35,064 bases of DNA from Nemertoderma westbladi (Eukaryota; Animalia; Xenacoelomorpha). The DNA lies in contig JAUCBJ010007672.1 of assembly GCA_032718475.1 (NCBI GenBank), positions 1 through 35,064 of the forward strand. The letters run 5' to 3'. The notes beneath the pieces are model-generated. The model had not been told where the DNA came from, did no database searches, and was given only the letters and a program-made list of their open reading frames with translations. Position numbers and translations under genes: made by a program. Below, piece by piece: positions 11,040-24,800 of this stretch; position 1 is the first letter of the stretch; every line of letters begins with the position of its first letter.

Positions 11040-11564
11040 CTGAAAAAAAATATCCACAATTACAGTGTTAAAAGGAGTACAATTTTACTTTTATAATTTC
11101 CAGATTCCCTATTATGACAGGAACTCCCTAATGGGAATCCCAAAAAATATTCCACAACATAGCCTTTTATTGCATCTAATGTCTATTTAAGTTCGTCTGG
11201 ACATTTGTCTACAGTAAAAAACACCAGACAATTTGATGATGCGCTATCGGCACCTATCTATTACTACTAATCACATTTTGCGGAATTTTAATGATTAATA
11301 TTTTACTCATTCTATAGAAACATTTGTTATGCCATGGCTGTATAATAATATATTATAAATTTGTTTCATAAAAGCGATAAAACAATACATTAATCAACTA
11401 CACAATTGAGTAGGAAAAGTAGATAATTATAACATCTAAGTTAATGCTTAGATATTGCTGAATCTAGTTAGAAAAGGTGGCAAAGGCCTGGGAAGTGTCA
11501 TATCAGGGTCAGTCCATGGCACTAGACATCACTGTCATATCCAATCACTCCAATCACGAACATT

Positions 11565-11778
11565 CTCTATGGTAGGGGTATATCATCCCTCCAACCAGGA
11601 ACCCTCTATGGTAGGGGTATTGGTTCTTGTCATATCCTCCCTCCAATCAGGAACTCTCTATGGTAGGGGTATTGGTTCTTGTCATATCCTCCCTCCAACC
11701 AGGAACCCTCTATGGTAGGGGTATTGGTTCTTGTCATATCCTCCCTCCAATCAGGAACTCTCTATGGTAGGGGTATTG
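11565..11778. repeat. Minisatellite, 52-bp unit, ~4 copies
   Basis: CTCTATGGTAGGGGTAT recurs at 11604, 11656, 11708 and 11760, plus a shorter first copy. Confidence 0.9.
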
Positions 11779-11829
11779 CTTCTATGTATCTTGAGCCATA
11801 ATCAATAAGGGGAGGACATTTGGAATGTT

Positions 11830-12810
11830 CGATCTCTGCACTGTCTCTATAGCAATGCGCTCCAAAGGTTGGAAGATTGCAGACTGGCTCATTGGCTGGG
11901 GGAAAGGAAATTCCGCAGCCAGTTTATACATATGACAGGTTACATCTCAAGTAATTCCAGGCCACCACACGTTCTTAGTTAAGTTAGGACATCACGTGCT
12001 AACTGAAGCGTCTCTGATCTTATTCATAGTTCATTTTTAATAGTATGGTAGTACCTACCATACTAGTTCAGTTCCAGCAAGATAATTCAAATTCCCATCC
12101 GGCCGATAAGCTATTAATAATTATCTTGGATATCTCTATCTGGCGGCATACAGTGTGGAGCAATAAAATATACTTGATAATTTAACTAGTTGTCTGATAC
12201 GGTATGTTATGTCACTGAAGTTAGGAATAAATTTTGCAAGATAGGTTGACATGCCTAGAATTCAACGACATTCAGGTGCAGATGTTGGTATTGGTAGGAT
12301 TCTAATAGCTGATACTTTCTTGGGGTCCGGGGAGATCAACTCCCTGTTAATAAGTGACCAAGATCGGTAATTTCAGTCTTCTAAACTCGAATTTTGGAGG
12401 TTGTAACACAATCTGGGAATGAGCATACAGTTTCAAAACTTTAGCTAAGCGCCCATCATGTTCAGCAAGGGTTTTACCATCATGGACTAGGAAGTCATCC
12501 TCCAGTACAATAGTACCTGCTGGTATATCATGCAAGGCTTCTGCTATCATTTAATGCTAAATTTTAGTCTGCAGAGGTTACTCCATATGGAAGTTGGACA
12601 TAAACTAGAAAACTTAGCCAGACCTAATTGATGGAACCCAGAGCCGGCATCAAGTTTAGAAAAATATAGACTATCCTAACAATTTCTCGGGGTGTAGGAA
12701 CTAATACTCTTTTCTGAAGAACATCTTTGAAGCAATCTTAAGTCGAGGCAAACACACATTTTTCCATTCCTTCGTCTTCCAAACTACTACAGGACTAACC
12801 CATTCTACAG
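11830..12810 (-). mobile_element. Decayed Ty3/Gypsy LTR retrotransposon pol (RT and integrase Zn-binding remnants)
   Basis: EWVSPVVV, CLDLR, FSKLDAGSGFHQL, IVLEDDFLVH...EHDGRLAKVL, PDPKKVSAI, LGMSTYLAKFIPNFS and, downstream, VWWPGI. There are multiple stops and frameshifts. No LTRs found. Confidence 0.85.
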
Positions 12811-12841
12811 GAGATATGTACATTTTATATTATGGACTTAC

Positions 12842-12998
12842 CAGTTAATCTTTCCTTGTTGTAACAGATTCCATACAGTGCCAGTATATTAATGTTCACA
12901 AAAATATATATCACCCCAACCAGAATGACAACCTTGCAGAAAGTCGATAGCTTGCGTGTCGACTTGGAGGGCGCCAAAACTTGAAAATCTACAGCCAT
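12842..12998 (-). CDS. GALNT: GALNT first coding exon (cytoplasmic tail plus type II transmembrane anchor; not in ORF track)
   Basis: ATG at 12998 gives MAVDFQVLAPSKSTRKLSTFCKVVILVGVIYIFVNINILALYGICYNKERLT, which resembles the GALNT1-type RK..CKVV N-terminus. Consensus donor CTG|GTAAGT. 157 nt, phase 1. Confidence 0.85.
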
Positions 12999-13020
12999 AT
13001 TTAATTATTCACAAAGATAT

Positions 13021-14130
13021 TTGCATTTATCACTCTAAGTCCAGTTCAGAGATACACTTTTCCAATGAGCAGAGAAGCCTTTTGGCTCCCTTTAGTGATT
13101 CTGACAATACCATACCCCTAAGTCATCAGCAAAGTCTAGATCAGTAAGGTTCTTTGATGGATTTCCTCTACTACTTAGGGGGTGTTACCATCATCACCCC
13201 ATATTTACTAAGCTGGTCTAAGGACATGCGTAGAACATAATCAACCACAATTATGAATAAGAATTGTGCAAGTGTGTCACCCTGAAGTACCCCCAATAGG
13301 CTCTCGAATGCATCTGTCACCATCGGCAGTAGACACAAATGTGGTGGATCCATCGTAAAGTGATCTGATAGCTGCAATAATTTCCTCAGGAATCCCATAT
13401 GCTGCCAGTATGTTGAACATACGTGGTCGGGAGACTGAGTCGAAGCCTTTAACGAAGTCAACAAAGATAATAGCCTGTTGTCTGTCTTTCTTTTTTGATA
13501 ACTCTTTGATTATCCTTCTGAGTGCTAGAATAGGCTCCATGGTTCCACGCCCTTTACGGAACCCATTTTGTTCCAACATAACAGTCACTCTACAGGATCC
13601 CTGATGCTATATAATAGAATTATGTTGTATAGCTTTGCAGCAATCGAGATTAACGAGATTCCACGAAAAGATCCATGGATTGTTAGGTTTCCCTTCTTTG
13701 AGGCATGGACCAACTTATTTGATTTCATTTCTTGAGGGACTCTCTTTGTCCTATACATGTCCAGAATATGGGGTGAATGAGCTCCAAACACTCAGGAATT
13801 TTAAGACTTCAGGGGGTACGCCATCTAATCCACTGGCACGATTGGTCTTGATGCTCCTAGCTGCAGTCTTGATTTCAGCAAAGGATATGTCACCAATGGG
13901 GATATCTGTGTACACAGACTCAGATACATGATGTACATCAAAGTTATCAGGCAATACCCTGTCATTGTGTGGAAGCTTCTCAAATAGGGCCTTCCAACCT
14001 TTGATATGATCAAGATATGGAGATGAAGCCTTAACCTTTGTGGTTGGTTGGCTTTTCTTCCCAGTGAGCAGGTTTATTGATTGCCATGCCTGGGCTGATT
14101 GCCTGTTATCATCAACGTTATTAATGGCTT
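13021..14130 (-). mobile_element. RTE-clade LINE, decayed RT region
   Basis: RASGLDGVPPEVLK, SFRGISLISIAAKLYN, QNGFRKGRGT, IFVDFVKGFDSV, GVLQGDTLAQFLFIIVVDYVLR and DLDFADD, split by frameshifts. Same family as 30907-32086. Confidence 0.9.
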
Positions 14131-16496
14131 CAAATGACCAGGTTACTGCCTGTTAAGGGATCTATAGATGCAGTCTTAACTGCATTCTTGGGTGTCCTAG
14201 TTTGCCCGACCCAGCGGGACTCTTACTGCCCCTTAGAGAGGTCATTTCGGCACTTCCGAATTCTGTGGTCAATCCAGGGGGCCTTTTTTAACATAGATAC
14301 ATTACACGCTCAGCGGCTCAATATGACTTTTACAAGAATAGACTCCTCACAACGACCCTTGAGTTTTCAAGGTACTTTGGTTTAGAATGAACAACTCAAG
14401 GAATGAAAACCTCCAACCCTTCATTTACAAAAAATATCTAAAAATACATCTCATAGCCTTACTATTAAATTTTAACAAAAATCTTAATGTATTATTAAGA
14501 TTTTTGTTACAATTTAATTGATTAAATCAAACACAATAGTTATCTAAATGATTTGCGCCTGGCATTGTTTGGTAAAGTGTAGGTCTGGGCATGGAACTGA
14601 TATCGTACTAAACTAATTACATATTCCAGTTAATATTTATTATAATTAATATAATATAATATAATTATATAATTAATTAATAGTTATTGATCGGCTGCAG
14701 TAATTTAAGTTAATTTCAATTAACCAAAAGAAATGAATAGTTCAATAGTTCAGTGCTGTAAGTGAAATTACTAAATAAAGTAAGACGTTAAGTAATACAT
14801 CTATATTTCCCCACCTTCATAACAGTGACTATCTACTGCATTTCATTATATCATTCCTACTATGCACTCATGTTATTGGGTACTGTATGTTAACAGTAAC
14901 AATAGTATTCTAGAGTGAGGAAGGTGGCGCCCATACCATAAACACGACAGTATTGCGCAATAAAAATTCAATTTAGTGTTTCATCTCAGTTTGCTTTACG
15001 ATCATCATTTGCACAAATAATTTTATGGCGGCTGAATGCCTCAAACAATTTATATGATGTTGACAACCACGACTTTAGAGGGATTGTAATATTAATATTA
15101 AAACAATAAAATAGGACATTGGGAAATCATGTTTATGCATTTGGGGCTGATGGTAACATACATTGGGGGTGGGTGGTTTCAACTCTGTTCGGTGGTACGG
15201 TAGGATTTCTAATTTATTGGTCATTGTCTTAATTTAGTGGTGCAGTTTTGTTAGGGTAGAGGTGGGGTTCGTGGCACACTGCTGATGAGGAGAACCACGA
15301 ATCCCAGGGTTCAGTGTTTAAATCTCCGAAACCCTTTTATTTTTATAAAATTTATTACTTAGACTTACCTTTTCGGCGGACAAAATGTCCTATATTTTTC
15401 GTAATTTATGGGATAGCCTATTTCGTGCAATACTTACCGGAACCTGTAGTTACTGTATGGTTTGGTGCAATTTTTCTTGTGGTAGTTGGGTTGGGTTATG
15501 TAGCACTAAAATCGATTTGGTATTTTGTTTTTTGATGGGCCTAGTGCCTGAGTACTAACAGTGGCCCAAGTGGCCCTAAATGCTAGGTAGTATCTGAGGG
15601 AATAGACCCCATGTCCTATTTTATTGTTCAAACAATTTACTAATTTTTAAAGTTTTATTCATCAACCATCATAATTTTCCGATTTTTTAATTCCGGGGTG
15701 AAAAGCATCTGATTTTAACCCGAGCTTCTTGATATCAAGAAATAGTCAACGATATCAACTCGGGATGAAAGTCTAAAGAAATAGTCAACGATATCAAAGG
15801 AGGTGCCACCTGTGGCTGCATAGACCCTCAGACCCTCTTACTGGAGCAAATCTAGTCATGTAACCCCCCCCCCCCCCACCGAAATAAAAAAAAATAGGGC
15901 CTCTAAATAAACAAAATTGGTCCCGAAGAAAAAAAGAGCTCCTGCATGCCCCCCCCCCCCCCCCCCAGTGTGTGGGGATGGGGGCGTGGGGGGGGGGGGG
16001 GGGGTGTACAAGACTGAGATAATTCCCTCTTGAAATAATTATCGTTTATTGTTTTGGTTAGAAAAGACCGTCTATGTAACCTGCCCCTTTTCTTCAATTG
16101 GTAATTTTATCGTTTATTGTTTTGGTTAGAAAAGACCGACTATGCAACCTGCTCCTTTCTTTTAATTGAAGAAATGCATACATAAAAAGTAATTCTGCGG
16201 ACAACAAAAGTATTATGCAAAATTCATAAAAAATTGCGGACAAATATGTCAAATGAACGGACATAAAAAATTACTGCTAAAAAGCATTATGCTTTATTAT
16301 GCTGCCTGTATATGTATATGGCAAAACGAACTTAGATCCTATGTATAGAGTATGTACAGTATAAGTCAGAAACAACTAAATAATTTTTTGCAACTAGAGG
16401 GGAGTTATCTCAGCCTAAGGGGAGTGTTCTCAGCCTATATGCTGAGAAGACTGGGGAGTGTTCTCAGCCTAGGCTGAGATAACTGGGGAGTCATGT

Positions 16497-16940
16497 GGAC
16501 GGTGTTATGCAAAAGGGTGTTATCCCACATTTTGTTGAAATTGAGTTTTTGGTATCATTCGATAGAGGAAAGTGTAATCTACCTAATTATGAGATCCTAT
16601 TGCCCAATAATACAAAGAAATGCCTTAAAAATATAAGAAAGTTAAGCCACAATCCGGATTTGTGATTAGTCAAAGAGTGTTAAACCACAAATAATATTGC
16701 AAAAAAGATTTAATCCACATAATAATTGTGTGGCTTGACATCTTTTTGCAAGTAGGCCTACAGTATGACACCTTTTGACAATTTAACGTTTTGCCAAATA
16801 TGAAGTTTTCCAAAAGGTGTTAAGCCACATTTTGATCAATATTTCGGAGAAAATGCTATATTCTAGCACAAAAACTTGAAAACATCGATTATCTCAAATT
16901 GAACTTTTGTGGCTTAACACCCTTTTGCATAACACCGTCC
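16497..16940. mobile_element. MITE / non-autonomous DNA transposon, 444 bp, ~33-bp TIRs, 4-bp TSD ATGT
   Basis: Left GGACGGTGTTATGCAAAAGGGTGTTATCCCACA versus reverse complement of right GGACGGTGTTATGCAAAAGGGTGTTAAGCCACA. ATGT at 16493-16496 and 16941-16944. Internal GTTAAGCCACA-like repeats. Confidence 0.88.
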
Positions 16941-17330
16941 ATGTTTGGTGGGATCTTATCTGGGCACCTTAGCCGGGATTTGTTTCTGTGTCGTGGGATA
17001 TCTGGATTTAATAAGGCGTACAAAGCGAATAGTACTAACACTGCCTTTCATCGAATTATGTTCAACCCAAGCTCAAAATTAAACTAATACAATACCCAAA
17101 TAAACGTTCTCAAATAGACAGGCCATGCCCATGTCCATGCAGTTTGGAGGGGGTGGGGGGAGGGGGGAGGGGGATATCAAGCCCCCTACCCCCCCCCCCC
17201 CCCTGGACGCGCCCCTGAGTATACCTATCTCACCCAGCCCCTTTGGTCTGGCTCTGTTGCCATGGCTAATATGGAAGTATTGGCTATGTGGGGTCATGGT
17301 GTGCTTGGGGGCCGGCGTGCTCTGGGCCCC

Positions 17331-17633
17331 AGGTGTCTCATTGGTTCCCCCAAGCTTGACACTAGAACAAAACCGCCTCCGCTTTGCAGGACATTGCTTT
17401 CGCCGTGAGGACCAGCCAGTGTGTAATCTTGTACTTTGGCAGCCTCATGGAGTGAATAAGCATGGTGGACAGCACATGACGTTCTTGAGACGCATCTTAA
17501 AGGACACTGGCCTGGAAGATGCGGATGATCTAGCTAACGTCATGGGTGATAGGGAGTTGTGGCGGCGCAATTTTACAGACAGGCAGGCACAGAATTCTTA
17601 AAAATGGAGTTGCAATACAGATACTAGTAGTAG
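17331..17633 (+). mobile_element. 5'-truncated RTE-clade LINE 3' end
   Basis: GVSLVPPSLTLEQNRLRFAGHCFRREDQPV...DRELWRRNF closely matches the end of ORF 30952..31551. A short 3' UTR ends in GATACTAGTAGTAG. Confidence 0.88.
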
Positions 17634-18596
17634 CGAATTCAAGGAAACGGATTTAACCATTACGGCAAGGTGATTATAATCAAGTCCTTGATGAGATTGC
17701 AGTTCTCGCCTGTTGCAAAGCTCGCTTCGCTAGAGATCGGACATTGAGTCGTCTCACATTGCAATCTTATAAATTTTAACAATACAGTTTTACAGTACAA
17801 GACTTAAATAGTTATAATAAATACAATATAAAACCTATAAACAAATTTTATATAAACCGCGGTACCAGATGACTGACTAATAGCTACCGAATAATTAATA
17901 AAATAAAATAATAGAGTTTGGTCGACATATAAAAAGCAGCACCATCATGTAGACCAGTCGTTGACACTTTTAATTCGTCGTCCATGGAAGCAATGGGAAG
18001 CGTTACGGATGAGTGAGAACTTATTATTTATTATACAATGACGCTAACGCAAGCTGTTCCTCACACTACAATGGTGAGAAAGAGAGAGAGAGCAATAATT
18101 AATAAAAAATATTCGCTTTGACTGACACATACAGTACCACTTTTGTTCCCAAATACAGTATGTGCTTATACGATAATCCACGAATTAAACGATAAAGGGC
18201 CGAGTATGGGCAGTGCAGAAGTAATGCGTACAGCAGCAGTAGATATGATAGAATAGCAGCAGAGCATCAGTGTGTGCTCACAGTTTGGCTTTGTTATTAA
18301 TAATTATTGCTTTTTTGTCAGAAAGCTGTTGCCACCACCTACAGTATCTAGAGTAAGCCCACTTGTGTTATGTAAGCCACGCTGGTGAATGCATTGCCAA
18401 TAGTTTTACCGAACAAAATAATTGTTTTTTTTTATATAGTTAAAAGTATTATATAAAAACATAAAACTAATTACTGTAATGTTCAAATCGTATAATTAAA
18501 TATGTAATTGTACCCGAATATTTTCTGTATCTCGAGAATCACGGGGTCCTACGACACCCACTCAGTCAATTTACCTAGGACACTTTATTGGCTGAA

Positions 18597-18795
18597 ATGG
18601 AATTAAATGTTAATTCTAATAATTGTTGGAAATATATTACATTTAAATGGGTTAGTAAATGGATGATAATTTTGTTACTCGCACTGATATTAGCGGCACT
18701 TATTATCCGGAAGTATCCCTATGTGCAAACACCGATCATTTGGAATCCTGTATCTCCAACTAGGACACTTCGTGATTCCAGCAATTCAGATCCAA
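18597..18795 (+). CDS. GAL3ST: Probable first coding exon of the galactose-3-O-sulfotransferase (tail, TM anchor and stem)
   Basis: ATG at 18597 gives MELNVNSNNCWKYITFKWVSKWMIILLLALILAALIIRKYPYVQTPIIWNPVSPTRTLRDSSNSDP. Donor CAA|GTGAGA is phase 1, compatible with the catalytic exon, which has no in-frame start or TM before its PAPS motif. The linkage is inferred. Confidence 0.68.
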
Positions 18796-18848
18796 GTGAG
18801 ATTTTATTCGCTATTTTTTTGCATTTCAATTTTAAAGAGTTAAAAATT

Positions 18849-21800
18849 GCAAACTAAACCTCCCGCCCATTATACAGCACTACACAGTAGCAAACTAAAC
18901 CTCCCATAATACAGCACTACACTGTAGCAAACTAAACCTCCCATAATACAGCACTACACAGTAGCAAACTAAACCTCCCGCCCATTATACAGCACTACAC
19001 AGTAGCAAACTAAACCTCCCATAATACAGCACTACACTGTAGCAAACTAAACCTCCCATAATACAGCACTACACTGTAGCAAACTAAACCTCCCATAATA
19101 CAGCAGCACTACACAGTAGCAAACTAAACCTCCCATAATACAGCAGCACTACACAGTAGCAAACTAAACCTCCCATAATACAGCAGCACTACACAGTAGC
19201 AAACTAAACCTCCCTCCCATAATACAGCACTACACAGTAGCAAACTAAACCTCCCATAATACAGCACTACACAGTAGCAAACTAAACCTCCCATAATACA
19301 GCAGCACTACACAGTAGCAAACTAAACCTCCCATAATACAGCACTACACAGTAGCAAACTAAACCTCCCATAATACAGCAGCACTACACAGTAGCAAACT
19401 AAACCTCCCATAATACAGCACTACACAGTAGCAAACTAAACCTCCCATAATACAGCACTACACAGTAGCAAACTAAACCTCCCATAATACAGCACTACAC
19501 AGTAGCAAACTAAACCTCCCATAATACAGCACTACACAGTAGCAAACTAAACCTCCCATAATACAGCACTACACAGTAGCAAACTAAACCTCCCATAATA
19601 CAGCACTACACAGTAGCAAACTAAACCTCCCATAATACAGCACTACACAGTAGCAAACTAAACCTCCCATAATACAGCACTACACAGTAGCAAACTAAAC
19701 CTCCCGCCCATTATACAGCACTACACAGTAGCAAACTAAACCTCCCATAATACAGCACTACACAGTAGCAAACTAAACCTCCCGTAATACAGCACTACAC
19801 AGTAGCAAACTAAACCTCCCATAATACAGCACTACACAGTAGCAAACTAAATCTCCCATAATACAGCACTACACAGTAGCAAACTAAACCTCCCATAATA
19901 CAGCACTACACAGTAGCAAACTAAACCTCCCATAATACAGCACTACACAGTAGCAAACTAAACCTCCCGCCCATTATACAGCACTACACAGTAGCAAACT
20001 AAACCTCCCATAATACAGCACTACACAGTAGCAAACTAAACCTCCCATAATACAGCACTACACAGTAGCAAACTAAACCTCCCATAATACAGCAGCACTA
20101 CACAGTAGCAAACTAAACCTCCCATAATACAGCACTACACAGTAGCAAACTAAACCTCCCATAATACAGCACTACACAGTAGCAAACTAAACCTCCCATA
20201 ATACAGCAGCACTACACAGTAGCAAACTAAACCTCCCATAATACAGCACTACACAGTAGCAAACTAAACCTCCCATAATACAGCACTACACAGTAGCAAA
20301 CTAAACCTCCCATAATACAGCAGCACTACACAGTAGCAAACTAAACCTCCCATAATACAGCAGCACTACACAGTAGCAAACTAAACCTCCCATAATACAG
20401 CACTACACAGTAGCAAACTAAACCTCCCATAATACAGCACTACACAGTAGCAAACTAAACCTCCCATAATACAGCACTACACAGTAGCAAACTAAACCTC
20501 CCATAATACAGCAGCACTACACAGTAGCAAACTAAACCTCCCATAATACAGCACTACACAGTAGCAAACTAAACCTCCCATAATACAGCAGCACTACACA
20601 GTAGCAAACTAAACCTCCGCCCATTATACAGCACTACACAGTAGCAAACTAAACCTCCCATAATACAGCACTACACAGTAGCAAACTAAACCTCCCATAA
20701 TACAGCACTACACAGTAGCAAACTAAACCTCCCATAATACAGCACTACACAGTAGCAAACTAAACCTCCCATAATACAGCAGCACTACACAGTAGCAAAC
20801 TAAACCTCCCGCCCATTATACAGCACTACACAGTAGCAAACTAAACCTCCCATAATACAGCAGCACTACACAGTAGCAAACTAAACCTCCCATAATACAG
20901 CAGCACTACACAGTAGCAAACTAAACCTCCGCCCATTATACAGCACTACACAGTAGCAAACTAAACCTCCCATAATACAGCACTACACTGTAGCAAACTA
21001 AACCTCCCATAATACAGCAGCACTACACAGTAGCAAACTAAACCTCCCATAATACAGCACTACACAGTAGCAAACTAAACCTCCCATAATACAGCAGCAC
21101 TACACAGTAGCAAACTAAACCTCCCATAATACAGCACTACACAGTAGCAAACTAAACCTCCCATAATACAGCACTACACAGTAGCAAACTAAACCTCCCA
21201 TAATACAGCAGCACTACACAGTAGCAAACTAAACCTCCCATAATACAGCACTACACAGTAGCAAACTAAACCTCCCATAATACAGCACTACACTGTAGCA
21301 AACTAAACCTCCCATAATACAGCACTACACAGTAGCAAACTAAACCTCCCATAATACAGCACCTACACAGTAGCAAACTAAACCTCCCATAATACAGCAC
21401 TACACAGTAGCAAACTAAACCTCCCATAATACAGCACTACACAGTAGCAAACTAAACCTCCCATAATACAGCAGCACTACACAGTAGCAAACTAAACCTC
21501 CCATAATACAGCACTACACAGTAGCAAACTAAACCTCCCATAATACAGCACCACACAGTAGCAAACTAAACCTCCCATAATACAGCACTACACAGTAGCA
21601 AACTAAACCTCCCATAATACAGCACTACACAGTAGCAAACTAAACCTCCCATAATACAGCACTACACAGTAGCAAACTAAACCTCCCATAATACAGCACT
21701 ACACAGTAGCAAACTAAACCTCCCATAATACAGCAGCACTACACAGTAGCAAACTAAACCTCCCATAATACAGCAGCACTACACAGTAGCAAACTAAACC

Positions 21801-24800
21801 TCCCATAATACAGCACTACACTGTAGCAAACTAAACCTCCCATAATACAGCACTACACAGTAGCAAACTAAACCTCCCGCCCATTATACAGCACTACACA
21901 GTAGCAAACTAAACCTCCCATAATACAGCAGCACTACACAGTAGCAAACTAAACCTCCCATAATACAGCAGCACTACACAGTAGCAAACTAAACCTCCCA
22001 TAATACAGCACTACACAGTAGCAAACTAAACCTCCCATAATACAGCACTACACAGTAGCAAACTAAACCTCCCGCCCATTATACAGCACTACACAGTAGC
22101 AAACTAAACCTCCCATAATACAGCACTACACAGTAGCAAACTAAACCTCCCATAATACAGCACTACACAGTAGCAAACTAAACCTCCCATAATACAGCAC
22201 TACACAGTAGCAAACTAAACCTCCCGCCCATTATACAGCACTACACTGTAGCAAACTAAACCTCCCATAATACAGCACTACACAGTAGCAAACTAAACCT
22301 CCCGCCCATTATACAGCACTACACAGTAGCAAACTAAACCTCCCATAATACAGCACTACACAGTAGCAAACTAAACCTCCCGCCCATTATACAGCACTAC
22401 ACTGTAGCAAACTAAACCTCCCATAATACAGCACTACACAGTAGCAAAATAAACCTCCCGCCCATTATACAGCACTACACTGTAGCAAACTAAACCTCCC
22501 ATAATACAGCACTACACAGTAGCAAACTAAACCTCCCGCCCATTATACATCACTACACTGTAGCAAACTAAACCTCCCATAATACAGCACTACACAGTAG
22601 CAAACTAAACCTCCCGCCCATTATACAGCACTACACTGTAGCAAACTAAACCTCCCATAATACAGCACTACACAGTAGCAAACTAAACCTCCCGCCCATT
22701 ATACAGCACTACACAGTAGCAAACTAAACCTCCCATAATACAGCACTACACAGTAGCAAACTAAACCTCCCATAATACAGCACTACACAGTAGCAAACTA
22801 AACCTCCCATAATACAGCACTACACAGTAGCAAACTAAACCTCCCATAATACAGCACTACACAGTAGCAAACTAAACCTCCCGCCCATTATACAGCATTA
22901 CACAGTAGCAAACTAAACCTCCCATAATACAGCACTACACAGTAGCAAACTAAACCTCCCATAATACAGCACTACACAGTAGCAAACTAAACCTCCCATA
23001 ATACAGCACTACACAGTAGCAAACTAAACCTCCCGCCCATTATACAGCACTACACTGTAGCAAACTAAACCTCCCATAATACAGCACTACACAGTAGCAA
23101 ACTAAACCTCCCATAATACAGCACTACATAGTAGCAAACTAAACCTCCCGCCCATTATACAGCACTACACTGTAGCAAACTAAACCTCCCATAATACAGC
23201 ACTACACAGTAGCAAACTAAACCTCCCGCCCATTATACAGCACTACACAGTAGCAAACTAAACCTCCCATAATACAGCAGCACTACACAGTAGCAAACTA
23301 AACCTCCCATAATACAGCAGCACTACACAGTAGCAAACTAAACCTCCCATAATACAGCACTACACAGTAGCAAACTAAACCTCCCATAATACAGCACTAC
23401 ACAGTAGCAAACTAAACCTCCCGCCCATTATACAGCACTACACAGTAGCAAACTAAACCTCCCATAATACAGCACTACACAGTAGCAAACTAAACCTCCC
23501 ATTCTACAGCACTACACAGTAGCAAACTAAACCTCCCGCCCATTCTACAGCACTACACAGTAGCAAACTAAACCTCCCGCCCATTCTACAGCACTACACA
23601 GTAGCAAACTAAACCTCCCGCCCATTATACAGCACTACACAGTAGCAAACTAAACCTCCCATAATACAGCAGCACTACACAGTAGCAAACTAAACCTCCC
23701 ATAATACAGCACTACACAGTAGCAAACTAAACCTCCCATAATACAGCACTACACAGTAGCAAACTAAACCTCCCATAATACAGCACTACACAGTAGCAAA
23801 CTAAACCTCCCGCCCATTATACAGCACTACACAGTAGCAAACTAAACCTCCCATAATACAGCAGCACTACACAGTAGCAAACTAAACCTCCCATAATACA
23901 GCACTACACTGTAGCAAACTAAACCTCCCGCCCATTATACAGCACTACACAGTAGCAAACTAAACCTCCCATAATACAGCAGCACTACACAGTAGCAAAC
24001 TAAACCTCCCATAATACTGCACTACACAGTAGCAAACTAAACCTCCCATAATACAGCACTACACAGTAGCAAACTAAACCTCCCATAATACAGCACTACA
24101 CAGTAGCAAACTAAACCTCCCATAATACAGCAGCACTACACAGTAGCAAACTAAACCTCCCATAATACAGCAGCACTACACAGTAGCAAACTAAACCTCC
24201 CGCCCATTATACAGCACTACACAGTAGCAAACTAAACCTCCCATAATACAGCACTACACAGTAGCAAACTAAACCTCCCGCCCATTATACAGCACTACAC
24301 AGTAGCAAACTAAACCTCCCATAATACAGCACTACACAGTAGCAAACTAAACCTCCCATAATACAGCACTACACAGTAGCAAACTAAACCTCCCATAATA
24401 CAGCAGCACTACACAGTAGCAAACTGAACCTCCCATAATACAGCACTACACAGTAGCAAACTAAACCTCCCATAATACAGCAGCACTACACAGTAGCAAA
24501 CTAAACCTCCCATAATACAGCACTACACAGTAGCAAACTAAACCTCCCATAATACAGCACTACACAGTAGCAAACTAAACCTCCCATAATACAGCACTAC
24601 ACAGTAGCAAACTAAACCTCCCATAATACAGCACTACACAGTAGCAAACTAAACCTCCCGCCCATTATACAGCACTACACTGTAGCAAACTAAACCTCCC
24701 ATAATACAGCACTACACAGTAGCAAACTAAACCTCCCATAATACAGCACTACACAGTAGCAAACTAAACCTCCCGCCCATTATACAGCACTACACAGTAG

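Noticed and set aside
15282-15310. CTGATGAG...CGAA hammerhead-like core
   Set aside because: It has GAAT instead of GAAA and no convincing stem II or stem I pairing.
15363-15510. Two consensus minus-strand donors (GTAAGT; exon ends 15369 and 15438) as extra GALNT coding exons
   Set aside because: The required phase-1 frames hit stop codons, and a good start exon exists at 12998. They could still be 5' UTR exons, but the sequence alone does not support this.
15314-15535. Hydrophobic 73-aa ORF
   Set aside because: It starts at GTG, and T-rich composition explains the hydrophobicity. No recognisable family.
15860-17220. Poly-C/poly-G tracts (15863-16005, 17146-17218) and short tandem duplications (~16039-16166)
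   Set aside because: These are likely remnants of small palindromic repeats. I could not define both termini or a TSD, and G-quadruplex potential alone is not informative.
17685-17770. Possible structured RNA (ATGAGATTGCA...TGCAATCTTAT inverted repeat)
   Set aside because: An 11-bp stem only, with no tRNA, snRNA or ribozyme core recognisable.
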